Assembly (NCBI GenBank): GCA_964016885.1
Contig: OZ024745.1
Span: forward strand, 23,870,001-23,934,000
DNA length: 64,000 bases
Origin: Eledone cirrhosa
Taxonomy: Eukaryota
Direction of reading: 5' to 3'
Shown here: positions 37,089-50,580 of the stretch, in pieces
Layout: each line of letters starts with the position of its first letter
Position numbering within the stretch: the stretch's first letter is position 1
The notes under the pieces: generated by a model
What the model saw: only the letters and a program-made list of their open reading frames with translations
Database searches by the model: none
Told to the model about the DNA's origin: nothing
Made by a program: the position numbers and the translations under genes

Positions 37089-37683
37089 AAGGTTTAGCAA
37101 ATAATGAAAAAGTTTCAAAATAAATTAAAAAAAATTGACTTTACCTACTATAGTTACCTTTACCTACTATAGTTACCTTTACCTACTATAGTTACCTTTA
37201 CCTACTATAGTTACCTTTACCTACTATAGTTACCTTTACCTACTATAGTTACCTTTACCTACTATAGTTACCTTTACCGATCGGTTTCGAATCCCAAAAA
37301 TAAGCGGAGACCATACGGCCTTCGTTGCATACATCATTCACTCTCATCCCAGGAACAGTTTTGGATAGCGCTAGTTCGTAATTTAAATTCAGGAATTTTA
37401 TATTCTTCGAATGAAAAGAACCTTCTGACGAGAATCTTTCTTTGCAACGAAGGCCGTATGGTCTCCGTTTATTTTTGGGATTCGAAACCGATCGGTAAAG
37501 GTAACTATAGTAGATAAAGTCAATTTTTTAAAATTTATTTTGAAACTTTTTCATTATTTGCTAAACCTTGTTTATATTTGTTCTGGCTCGTTAATTTATT
37601 AACCTGCCATTGAACCACATTGGCATTTGGTTGGACAATACATGCGTCCCTTAGGGGCCTTGTGCGTGAAGGAACACATATCC

Positions 37684-37688
<5 letters not shown>
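37083..37688. mobile_element. Fold-back insertion of the ~485-nt HHR element
   Basis: 37083-37330 is an inverted partial copy and 37334-37688 a forward copy; flanked by (TA)n. Confidence 0.85.
37420..37502 (+). ncRNA. Type I hammerhead ribozyme
   Basis: ACCTT-CTGACGA-GAATC...GATTC-GAAA-CCGATCGG-TA-AAGGT; all three stems intact, GUA triplet. Confidence 0.9.
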
Positions 37689-37729
<41 letters not shown>

Positions 37730-38066
37730 AAAGTTTGTTTTCGCTCTTAACACGATGGATACATAAATGTATTCGTGAGTGAATAATAATAGTATTATAA
37801 TAATATCATAGTATTATTAATATTCGGTTTGTTTTCAAGGAAATAGCCTCATAAACACGACGTGTGATTTTTAGATGGACAACTTCATCCTTTTGTTCCA
37901 GCAGTAGCTGAGAGAAAACAATCGACAATTGTTTCGGTGTATTTGCTCCATATCACGTTTGTGTACTCTCGTGTCTGCTCCTCACTGCTACAGTGTCTTC
38001 ATATTTAGTAGCATACCAATATTCCGTTGGATACCGGTTTCTGTGATATTAGATCTTACCCAGATA

Positions 38067-38127
<61 letters not shown>

Positions 38128-38308
38128 GGATATGTGTTCCTTCACGCACAAGGCCCCTAAGGGACGCATGTATTGTCCAACCAAATGCCAATGTGGTTCA
38201 ATGGCAGGTTAATAAATTAACGAGCCAGAACAAATATAAACAAGGTTTAGCAAATAATGAAAAAGTTTCAAAATAAATTTTAAAAAATTGACTTTATCTA
38301 CTATAGTT

Positions 38309-38391
38309 ACCTTTACCGATCGGTTTCGAATCCCAAAAATAAACGGAGACCATACGGCCTTCGTTGCAAAGAAAGATTCTCGTCAGAAGGT
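38309..38391 (-). ncRNA. Type I hammerhead ribozyme (same family as 37420)
   Basis: Reverse complement of the 37420-37502 motif. Confidence 0.9.
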
Positions 38392-38971
38392 TCTTTTCAT
38401 TTGAAGAATATAAAATTCTTGAATTTAAATTACGAACTAGCGCTATCCAAAACTGTTCCTGGGATGAGAGTGAATGATGTGGAATCAATTTTTTCAAGGG
38501 CCGAAGTAAAGATAGAGGCAGAGGGAGGTAGGTCAAACCGGCCGCAACTATCACTAGCAGCAGTCGGAACGACCCAATTTGTCTCTCAACAATTTTTTAA
38601 AATTTATTTTGAAACTTTTTCATTATTTGCTAAACCTTGTTTATATATGTTCTGGCTCGTTAATTTATTAACCTGCCATTGAACCACATTGGCATTTGGT
38701 TGGACAATACATGCGTCCCTTAGCGCCTTGTGCGTGAAGGAACACATCCTATTATTACTATTCTCCTCTATTGTTGAGAGACAAATTGGGTCGTTCCGAC
38801 TGCTGCTAGTGATAGTTGCGGCCGATTTGACCTACCTCCCTCTGCCTCTATCTTTACTTCGGCCCTTGAAAAAATTGATTCCACTTCATTCACTCTCATC
38901 CCAGGAACAGTTTTGGATAGCGCTAGTTCGTAATTTAAATTCAAGAATTTTATATTCTTCGAATGAAAAGA

Positions 38972-39055
38972 ACCTTCTGACGAGAATCTTTCTTTGCAAC
39001 GAAGGCCGTATGGTCTCCGTTTATTTTTGGGGATTCGAAACCGATCGGTAAAGGT
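38972..39055 (+). ncRNA. Type I hammerhead ribozyme (same family as 37420)
   Basis: ACCTT-CTGACGA-GAATC...GATTC-GAAA-CCGATCGG-TA-AAGGT. Confidence 0.9.
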
Positions 39056-39141
39056 AACTATAGTAGGTAAAGGTAACTATAGTAGGTAAAGTCAATTTTT
39101 TAAAATTTATTTTGAAACTTTTTCATTATTTGCTAAACCTT

Positions 39142-39210
<69 letters not shown>

Positions 39211-39247
39211 CATACATACATACATACATACATACATACATACATAC

Positions 39248-39303
<56 letters not shown>

Positions 39304-39317
39304 ATACATACTTATAA

Positions 39318-39352
<35 letters not shown>

Positions 39353-41370
39353 GAGGTTATTCATTAATTTTGTAATTTTGTCGGTTACCAATATTAACAC
39401 ACTATGCTCAAGTCATTTAACACAGTCAAGTTTCACATAATTGTTTTTATTGAGTACTGATCTAGTTACGCACGTTTCACAGATGTTTGGCTCAAGATTC
39501 ATATGGATGTTATAGATTCAACTCCAGGATCGATGTGCTTATCAAACATGGTGATGCAGATATAAATGAGTTACATCTCAAAGGCATCTAACATAGTAAA
39601 GAATATATATATATACCATATAAGTTGGCGGGGTGTATTCACTAAGAAATATCCTGGTTTTGAAGATATTCCCTGCGCTTCTAGAACATCTGGGAGAACG
39701 TATCTCAAGAAGGACATATTGTATACCAACAAAAGGTTAACAAGTTTATGTTTCCTGAAAACTTGAGAATGGTGCCAATATTGACAAGAAGTATAACTCC
39801 TTTTGGGTGATTAACTTCACTTCACAATTTAAAGTTATGTTATTGCCGTCTATTTCTAAGGGATTCTACAGAACTCCTTAAATCTCTAAGATGTAACAGA
39901 AAATGTCAAATTGTCATAATCTCAAGATACATTCCGTTCCTGAAAATTTCTCGTGCGACCCATGAACTAGCAAATAAATTTACATTAACAACGACTCAGA
40001 TGAGAAGTACTTTACATACCGATAAAAGATTATGCATGCGGAAACGTTCAGCGTGGTGCCAAACTTGACAACGGGTAACCTTTCTTTGTTTAGGGACCGT
40101 TAAATGGCATCACATTTAGAATGTTATGCTTCTGAAATGCATGATCAAGCTATAAATACCCGTTAAACAAATTATAGACAACTGTTCTGAATAATAGTCT
40201 ATTAACCAGGGTTATATCATTCCATTTATATTCCTTTATGTAATTATTATCAACGAGTTACGCTATGTTACTGTATAAGATATACTCTTGACATTCTGGG
40301 TTCTTCCTGCAAAGAAAGAAGCCATGTAAATTCTGTCTATAAGTGGAGTAATAAAAATATTCAAGATGTTTTTAAACTTCAACTTGAAACACTTACTGCT
40401 CTTAGTCCTTAAAATCCTGCGATAGAAATTTGTTTATAATTTGCGACCGTCCTTCTCGCTATGGAAAATATCTAAGGAATAAAAATAAAATACATTCACT
40501 AAACACACAAACACACAATCACGGAGACTCATCGTTGCAATTAGCACCTGTAAAGCATATTATCAAACCTGTCCGGAGTATCACTTTGGATAAGAATGTT
40601 AGCTAATGGGTGCCATGGGTCACAATGGAGTGGGCTCCTATTGGCCTACAAAATGGATCAAATAGGTTGTGTTTATCACCTCTGCCGGCCAAAGTCCCTG
40701 CATTGAGTCCTCGTTGCGGCACTGGCTCCACCAAATTGGGTTGGGTGCGAAAGCGAGAGCTCTGCGCTATAACCGATGCAATGCTTGGATTACACTATCC
40801 TAAAGTGCATATACTTGCGGCTGTGCACCGCGTGTGAAACCAATCGTGCGAAAAATCTTCCTTAAAATGAACTTATACGGTGAATTCCTTTGATAGAGCT
40901 GGAACAACCCACTGTGGGTGAACTCTGCTATAGGTGGAAGTAAGTAGTAGTATTAGACTACAAACGTCTATTATCTTTTGAACCAGAATCTTCCCCTCAG
41001 ATCGAAATGTCGGAATGAGCTCTAATGGGGCTTATGTCACTTGCAATTTTTTTTTTGCTTATGTCACCCGCAATTTTTCCTTTGTACATTTGTACATTAG
41101 TAGCATATTTGCTGTTACAATGTTTATTTCTATGCTGATAGTGCCAGCCCTACGCCCACATACGTCATTCACATATTAGATCGATATTAGATCAAGTCAA
41201 ATTTGCCTCTATGCACAAACCTGAAACAAACATTCAGCCATGGTGACATAACAATCTTGTCACATCCCACAGCTTCTGTCAAAGAAAATAATATTGTAAG
41301 TTATTCTAGCTTCTTTTGGCTAATTTAATAATAAAGCCTACAATACATACATACATACATACATTCATAC

Positions 41371-41979
41371 ATGGTGGCTGCCAACTCGTTTTCGAGTACG
41401 GCCACTACTTTATATCCATGTAGGAGAACTCCTACCGATGCGCTGAACGAGTGTGACTTTTTAGTCCAGCCAGCGACTTGAAAACTCTGGTACAAACACT
41501 ACACTTGTGACAATTATTGACACATAGTGCTGGGCCCATGGTGCCATGTGACGACAAGTGCAGAGAGATCTCCAGATATAAAGCAATGCCTGTGCCGTGA
41601 AGCTTTTATAGTGAGCAAAGGCACTGCACAAAGCCAGTCCCACTCTCTTAACCAAGATGATATTTACCAAAAAGAAGAACAAGTCAACATCATTGGATAC
41701 CATCAGGGTTGCAGGTGTTATATCAGAGTTTTCCTTCTCCTAGAATCCTGCCTTGACAAAGGCTAAGGGGTCATCTCTCCCGGTGATTTTGGATGGCCAT
41801 TGACTCTTAAGAGCTCCTTTGCCCTTTGACAGGTTTTGTTTTTAGTCCTGCAGGATGTCCAAAGTCACCCTCCTCACCAAGAAACCTTGGTGGGGTTGCC
41901 AATTTAGTCGCCAACGACCCGACCATGAGACAGGTTGCACTGGGATACATATTACCAGTAGCACCAACTGGTGACTTGA
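41371..41979 (-). mobile_element. Non-autonomous bipartite RTE-type element (~610 bp) with (TATG)n tail
   Basis: 5' part contains GGAGAAGGAAAACTCTGA (RTE 5'UTR-like); 3' part encodes a C2H2-like remnant CSVCTRVFKSLAGLKSH. Further pieces at 42069-42348 (-) and ~42545-42735 (+). Confidence 0.7.
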
Positions 41980-43035
41980 CATACATACATACATACATGC
42001 ATACATACATACATACATACATACATACATACATACATACATACATACATACATACATACATACATACATGGTGGTGGCTGCCAACTCGTTTTCGAGTAC
42101 GGCCACTACTTTATATCTATGTAGGAGAACCCCTACCGATGCGCTGAACGAGTGTGACTTTTTAGTCCAGCAAGCGACTTGAAAACTCTGGTACAAACAC
42201 TACACTTGTGACAATTATTGAACATAGTGCTGGGCCCATGGTACCATGTGACGACAAATGCAGAGAGATCTCCAGATATAAAGCAATGCCTGTGCCGTGA
42301 AGCTTTTATAGTGAGCAAATGCACTGCACAAAACCAGTTCCACTCTCGCCGACATAGTCATACATACATACATACATACATAAAGACCACAGTCGCTCAG
42401 AAAGACTCCCGGATTTATCTAAATTCCATATATGTGCTATTTGTGGAGGTCTGCTTCCGGTGGCCTACGTTTATAAGCCAGACATATACACAATAGTTTG
42501 CATTAATTGTTATAGATATGTATGTATGTATGTATATATGTATGTGACCCAACATAAGTGCTACTGGCAACATGTAACCCAGTACAACCTGTCGCATGGT
42601 CGGGTTGTCGGCGACTAAACCGGCAACCCCTACAAGTTTACTTGGTGGGGGGGGGGGGGTTGAACACCCTGCAGGACAAAAAACTAAACCTGACAAAGGG
42701 TGGAAGAACTCATAAGAGTAAACGGCCATCCAAAAGTGTGTAAATATGTATATGCACATGTACATATATATGTATATGTGTATATACATGGGTTCATGTG
42801 TATGTATATGCATATATATTTATATATTTATATCTGTATTTCTGACCGTTGGTCAGTCAGTGATAAACATTGATGGTCAAATAAATTAACTGTGGAGATA
42901 TAAAAGATACAGAAGCGAAAACTAACCAAACAGTGAGTGTTCTGTTATTATTTCTGGCAATAATATTACAACAATATGACCCTCCCTAAATATAAAAATA
43001 TTTGTTTCGACACGATTTCATATCAAAAACCTCGC

Positions 43036-43086
<51 letters not shown>

Positions 43087-43090
<4 letters not shown>

Positions 43091-43469
43091 TACCAAATAT
43101 ACTATACATACATTCATGTATACATCGCTATTTCAGAGCACCAATCCTAATTTTTAATTTTTGCTGGACCGGCAATTGCTCTGTATAATCAGTTCCTGGT
43201 TATTACTGGAATTCTATAAGAATCCAGCCTCTATAATTTTCGGCAGAGGTCGGGGAGTACGTTGCTCTGAGGAACACCAACAGTGTGAAACAGATCTGTC
43301 AGCTTCTCTTCCTTCCTTTGCCGAAAAAAGAAGTAAGTGACATAGTCACTACTTTAAAAAGGATAGCGCAAGGTCTTCAAAATGTTTTTAATTAAACATA
43401 CGGTATATTACCAAATATACTATACATACATTCATGTATACATCGCTATTTCAGAGCACCAATCCTAAT
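43087..43469 (+). mobile_element. Terminally redundant 318-bp HHR element (retrozyme-like)
   Basis: ~65-bp direct repeat at 43087-43151 and 43405-43469 enclosing one HHR; flanked by (TA)n. Confidence 0.8.
43264..43303 (+). ncRNA. Minimal type I hammerhead ribozyme
   Basis: GCT-CTGAGGA-ACAC-caaca-GTGT-GAAA-CAGATCTG-TC-AGC; GUC triplet, palindromic stem III. Confidence 0.9.
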
Positions 43470-43590
43470 ATATATATATAGGAAAAGAGTCAGGGGTCCT
43501 GACTCTTTTCCTATTACCCACTCTACTACCCTAAATATCGAGTACTCTGGTGCATTATGGGCCACCTGTTTTCTTACCACACTTCCTTCG

Positions 43591-43631
<41 letters not shown>

Positions 43632-44178
43632 AGCGTTTGCGTGCGCGCGCGCGCGCGTGTGTGTGTGTATGTATATATATAAATACGCATATTATATGCT
43701 GTATGTTGTATGTATGTGTATTGTGTATTTACTCACATACAAACACAGGCGCAGAGATATAGTGAGTGAAAGACAATGAGAGAGAGAGAGGGGGAGGGTG
43801 TGATGGGGAGGGGAATGAGAGAGTGGGGAGTGAGAAATAGGGGAGTGAGAGAGAGGAGTGAGAGAGAGGGGAGTGAGAGAGAGGGGGGTGTAAGGGGAAT
43901 GAAATGATAGAATAAAGGTATCTTTAAAAGATGTCGCGGAAGAAAAAAGAAAGAATTAGAAGATTAACAAAGATGTGGAAAATATGTATGTACTTGTGTG
44001 TGTGTGTATATGTGTGACTATATGTGTCTGTCTGTGTGTGTATGTGTGTGTCTGTGGGTATATGTGTGTGTCTGTGTATGGGTATATGTGTCTGTGTGGG
44101 GGTATACGTGTGTGAGTGTCGGTATATATGTGTGTCTGTCTGTGTGTGGGTATATATGTATGTCTGTCTGTGTGTGGC

Positions 44179-44215
<37 letters not shown>

Positions 44216-44984
44216 ATTGGCATAATATGTGTGATGCAACTGGTGTGTAATAGTATGTGTATGTGGGTTTTTGTGTGTGTGTGTATGTATGTGTATGTCT
44301 ATATATGTTGACATAAGTGTGTTATTGTGTACTTGTGTGTGTATGTGTGTGTATATCTATGTTGATATAAGTGTGTTTGTATTTGTGTATGTGTGTGTAT
44401 GTCTATGTTGGCATAAGTGTGTTTTTGTGTACTTGTGTGTGTGTCTATGTTGACATAAGTGTGTTTGTCTGTATTTGTGTGTATGTATATATATGTATAT
44501 CTGTGTATATCTGTGTGTGTATATGTGTATATTTGTGTGTGTATATGTGTATATGTGTGTGTGTATATGTGTATATGTGTATATTTGTGTCTATATTTGT
44601 CTGTACATATTTGTATATAACTGTATATTTGTGTGTATATACATGAGTAAATATGTGTATATATGTGTATATATCTGTATATATGAGTATATATCTGTGT
44701 ATATGTGTGTATATTTTTGTGTATATACGTGTGTAAATATGTGTATATATCTGTGTATATATGAGTATATATCTGTGTATATGTGTGTATATTTGTGTGT
44801 ATATGTATTCCTGAATGTGTCCTAGCATTGTTTTCTGTTGCCTTTGTGTGTGTATATTATATGAATGTGTGTGTATGTATGTGTTGTGATTATATATTTA
44901 TGTATCACTGTATATGTGTGTGTGTGGTGTGTGTGAGAGAGAGAGTGTTTGTGTGTGGTGTGTGTGAGAGAGTGTTTGTGTGTG

Positions 44985-45016
<32 letters not shown>

Positions 45017-45083
45017 TAGTGTTTGTATGGTGTGTGTTTGTGTGTGTGAGAGAGAGAGAGAATTTGTGTGCGGTGTGTGTGTC

Positions 45084-45114
<31 letters not shown>

Positions 45115-45580
45115 TGTTTGTGTGTTGTGTGTGTGTGTGCGTTTTTCTGTGTATATGTGTGCATGAGTTGAAATAATTGTCTATTGTTTCGTCTCTGTGT
45201 ATTGCATGTGTACAACCGTGAATGTGTAAATTTGCCGCGTGTGTATCTGTCTATATACAGATGTATGTATGTATGTATGTATGTATGTATGTATGTATGT
45301 ATGTATGTATGTATGTATGTGTATAAATGCATTTGTGTGTGTGTGTGTGCATTGTACAATGATGCTTTGTTGGCGTATGTATACTATGTGATTCTCAGGG
45401 CCTTTATGTGTCTGTGTATGAATATACATACGTGCATGCATACAATCATACATCCATACATATATACATACATATATACATATACACATACATATACGCA
45501 CACAAACAAACACACTCACATGCATATTTATATGTATATATATCTGTGTGAGTGTGAGTCTGTGTGTGTGTTTGTGTGTG

Positions 45581-45618
<38 letters not shown>

Positions 45619-45619
45619 A

Positions 45620-45696
<77 letters not shown>

Positions 45697-46218
45697 TATA
45701 TATACATATATATATATTTACTTATATACATATATATATATACGTATATATGCATATATACATATATACATATATATATATATGTATATATGCATATATA
45801 CATATATACATATATATATATATATGTATATACGTGAGTGTGTATCTAATTGTCTCTCTATTTGTGTGTCTGCCAGCGCCCCCTACCCTTATCTCGTTTC
45901 ATTCTCTCATAGCTGATGTACTTTTGGAAACCTAAGCGACAGCAGAGCCACCCACATCTATTGTTTTTTCTATCAATCTCATCACAACACATCGTAATCG
46001 TCGTCGTCATCAATATCATCACACTCGTCATCATTATTAGCGTCAGCATCATCATTATCGTCCATATCGTCATTGACTTTCTTTTTCATTGTTGATTTTG
46101 GTGTCATCTTCATCAAAATCGTCGTTCATCATCACCATCAACATCATCATCATCACCATCAACATCATCATCATCATCATCATCACCATCATCACACCAT
46201 CATCACCATCGTCATCAA

Positions 46219-46249
<31 letters not shown>

Positions 46250-46327
46250 TTCATTATCATTATCTTCATCATCATCACACCATCATCACCATCGTCATCA
46301 CACCATCATCACCATCGTCATCATCAT

Positions 46328-46384
<57 letters not shown>

Positions 46385-46623
46385 CTTCATTATCATTATC
46401 TTCATCATCATCATCACACCATCATCATCATCACCCTCATCCTCATCCTCAATAACACCATCATCATAATCATCACCATCATCACCATTATTACCCCTCT
46501 CATCATCATCATCATCATCATCATCATCTTCACCATTACCACCATCATCATCTTCACCATCATCATCATCATCATCATCATCTCAATTATCAATCACCAC
46601 CATCATCATCATCATCATCACCT

Positions 46624-46813
46624 GGATTGGCAGTATCGGTAGAGGGTCGGACGCCATGCTTTGATGCATAGAGTTACGGCCCTTTCCATTCTGAGGAGTT
46701 CAAATCCCGCCGAGGTTAACTTTGCCTTTCATCCTTACGGGGTCGATAAAATAAAGTACCAGTAATGCACTGGGGTAATTTGCTGGCCTTGTGCCAATAG
46801 TAGAAATAATTAT
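46624..46813 (+). mobile_element. SINE family B
   Basis: TGGCAGTATCGGTAGAG..GAGTTCAAATCCC..GCCTTTCATCCTTACGGGGTCGATAAAATAAAGTACC. Confidence 0.85.
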
Positions 46814-46831
46814 TACCACTCTCATCACCAT

Positions 46832-46863
<32 letters not shown>

Positions 46864-46975
46864 TCACCATTATCTTCATCTCCTCCTCTTCCACCAGCAC
46901 CAGCAGCAGCAGCACCACCACCATCATCATCATCGTCATTACCATGATGATCGTGATGATGATGGTGACGATGGC

Positions 46976-47012
<37 letters not shown>

Positions 47013-47059
47013 TTGATGATAGTGATGATGATGATGGTGATGATGATGGTGACGATGGC

Positions 47060-47096
<37 letters not shown>

Positions 47097-47136
47097 TTGA
47101 TGATAGTGATGATGATGATGATGGTGATGATGATGG

Positions 47137-47167
<31 letters not shown>

Positions 47168-47288
47168 ATTGATAGTGATGATGATGATGATGATGGTGAT
47201 GGTTTAGTTTGGCCTTAGGTCATTCCTGATCAAACGAGTTCAATGCTTTGATCGTAAGTTTTTCTTTTTACTTTATATTTTGGCAGTG

Positions 47289-47352
<64 letters not shown>

Positions 47353-47666
47353 TCATATATATATATAACGAAGGAAGTGTGGTAAGGAACCAGTTCGACC
47401 ACAACGTCTAGAAATAGCCGTCGAAATGGCTTGAGCACTGCCATCGGGGTTATACATTTTCCTGCTATGTGTATATATATATATATATAACGAAGGAAGT
47501 GTGGTAAGGAACCAGTTCGACCACAACGTCTAGAAATAGCCGTCGAAATGGCTTGAGCACTGCCATCGGGGTTATACATTTTCCTGCTATGTGTATATAT
47601 ATATACACTAGACGTTGTGGTCGAACTGGTTCCTTACCACACTTGCTTCGTTATATATATATATGA

Positions 47667-47726
<60 letters not shown>

Positions 47727-48218
47727 GGATACTTAGTAAAATCGAATCTCTGGCGGTTTGCAAGCAGAATCGGCCTACCATATATGAGAAAATATCTCTA
47801 TGTGTCCTTAAACAGTACACACATATATTTATTTTTTCATACCCAATTGAGTTCTTCGCACGAGGCTCGAATTCTTCTTAGAGTTCAATGACCTTCGTGT
47901 GTATTATTTTTTACGGTAGCCTCCTCCTCCCATTTTGGGGACAGTGTGAGATTTTCTTTCGAACTGCTGGACTTACAACTTAACAGCTCCATCTAGCACT
48001 GCTGGTAATTATTGCCAACTATTGATGTTGATTTAGTTATTAATATTTTAATATTATTGGGCACCCACTGAAGATTTATAAGGGCCCACTTGCATAAGAA
48101 TCAACTGATCTTACACAAGTTTCTACATAACTTGGTATAATTTCACCCACAATGTAGGAATCTTACAATGAAAGGATTCGTTTGGGAAATGAGATCTTTA
48201 ATATATCTCATATAAAAT

Positions 48219-48400
48219 AATTGTTTCTACTTTTAGGCACAAGACCAGCAATTACCCAGTGCATTACTGGTACTTTATTTTATCGACCCCGTAAGGATGA
48301 AAGGCAAAGCCAACTTCGGCGGGATTTGAACTCAGATCGTAAAGGGACGTAACTATGTTGGAAAGCATGGCCTCCGACCCTCTACCGATACTGCCAATCC
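48219..48400 (-). mobile_element. SINE family B
   Basis: Reverse-complement match to 46624-46813; ATAAAATAAT on both flanks is a possible TSD. Confidence 0.85.
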
Positions 48401-48559
48401 AATAAAATAATCCAGCCAATTATCCACACAATACAATATAGTTAACACTCCCAAACGTTTCATTGGGAACATACTCCGGTGTTTCCTAATGTTTGTTGAG
48501 TGAGTTGGAAATTGGTCGGAGTATCGCTAATAGCTTTCTCCGTTTATATAGTTATGCAC

Positions 48560-48604
<45 letters not shown>

Positions 48605-48610
<6 letters not shown>

Positions 48611-49047
48611 ATCTATCTAAGGCGGGTAAAATTCCCGAGATCCATGGACGAGTTCTCTCCAGCGGTCTCTGTCCCTCATTATTGCTGCCATATCCTGCAT
48701 CTCCAACAGACCAGTGTCTGTCCTTAGGGCATCAACATATGTTAACCTTGGTCTTCCTCTTCTAGTGTGTCCATGTAGGGGCTCCCAAAGGAGCACTGAG
48801 TGCAATGTCAACTCTGGATGTCGGTGAGCATGTCCAGCCAACCTCAGTCTCCTCTGTGTCACTTTTGAGCTGACTTTTGGGATGCTCCCATACAGCTCTG
48901 AGTTTTTCATCCTCAGTGTATACTGATTAATGTTCAGAGCCATCCTCAGCATTCTCGTGTAGCACCCATCCACCATCTGAGTGAGTTTCTTGGTCAGTGT
49001 CCAAGCCTCAGACCCATACAGCAGCACAGACTCCACTACAGCAATGA

Positions 49048-49049
<2 letters not shown>
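48605..49049 (-). mobile_element. 5'-truncated RTE-clade LINE 3' end
   Basis: VESVLLYGSEAWTLT..LRMAL..RRLRLAGH..RGRPR..DRDRWR*, then a (TAGA)n tail; inserted in (TA)n. Confidence 0.9.
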
Positions 49050-49126
<77 letters not shown>

Positions 49127-50330
49127 GTGTGGCACTATTTCTAATTATGTGACGATGGGAATTGAGGTTCACTTGGCTGCTATTTCAAGCTGGCAGAGAT
49201 AACACTTAGAGAGCTCTAGTATGAATGAAGCAGGTGAAGATGATCATCATCGTTCACATGTTTGTATGTTAAATCTTGCCGAGGTCGATATATTGAAGTA
49301 CCAGTTATCTACTGGTGTTGATTTAATTGACTTTCCCTCCTCCGCCATAAATTGTTGGCCTTCTGCTTCAATTAGAAATTATTATCATGTATGTGTTAAT
49401 GTGAGAGTTAGTGGTGGTGGTGGTGGTGGGAGTAATGGTGGTGGTGGTGGTGGTGGTGGGAGTAATGGTGGTGGTGGTGGTGGTGGTGGGAGTAATGGTG
49501 GTGGTGGTGGTGGTGGTGGTGGGAGTAATGGTTCTGATGGCAGATGTGTTGGTGGTGGTGGTGGTATTGACTGTATTATTTGTGGTAGTAGTAGTGGTGG
49601 TGGTGTGATTGAGAGGTTTATACTGCTGCTGCTGATGATGATGGTGGTGGTGGTGGTGGGGTGGGGGTTGTAGTGGTGGTGGTGGTGAGTTTGAGAGGTT
49701 TATGCTGATGATGATGGTGGTGATGGTGGTCGTGGTTGTAGTGGTGAGGTTGAGAGGTTTATGATAATGGTGGTGATGGTGGTGGTGGTGGTGGTGGTGG
49801 TGGTGGCGGTTGTAGTGGTGAGGTTGAGAGGTTTATTATAATGGTGGTGGTGGTGGTGGTGGTGGTGGTGGCGGTTGTAGCGGTGAGGTTGAGAGGTTTA
49901 TGATAATGGTGGTGATGGTGGTGGTGATGGTGGTGGTGATGGTGGTAGTGGTGGTGGTAGTGGTGGTGGTGAGGTTGGAGAATGTTGCTGCGAGCGTGTT
50001 GGTAAGGATAATGATGAGGGTAATAATAGTGATTGCTCCGATCATGAAAAAAATCCTTATTGCCCCCCCCCCCATCTAACTATCCTCCGCTGCCTCCCCC
50101 TCCTCCCCATTCTCCTTATCATCATTGTCATCATGATCATTATCATATTCTTCATATTTATCATAAGCATCATTATATTCATCATCATTACCACCACCAC
50201 CACCACCATCATCATCATTATATTCATCATCACCACCAACACCATCATCATGATCATTATCACCATCATCATCATTATCATCGTCACAACTACCACCACC
50301 ATACCACCACTACCACCACCACATTATACA

Positions 50331-50396
<66 letters not shown>

Positions 50397-50403
50397 AATA
50401 TAT

Positions 50404-50434
<31 letters not shown>

Positions 50435-50531
50435 ATGTGTAAATATATATACATATATACATATATGTATATATATATACATATATGTATATAAGTATAT
50501 ATATATGTATATATATATATACATGCATATA

Positions 50532-50580
<49 letters not shown>

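Larger units (their letters stand above)
38122..39146. mobile_element. Retrozyme-like element: inverted near-full monomer joined to a forward ~1.1-mer
   Basis: 38122-38592 (-) and 38591-39146 (+) are differently permuted copies of one unit; flanked by (TA)n. Confidence 0.85.

Noticed and set aside
37535-39051. Repeated short ORFs (NRICVPSRTRPL.., LTYLPLPLSLLRP..)
   Set aside because: They recur only because the HHR element is repeated; no consistent start or frame, no domain motifs.
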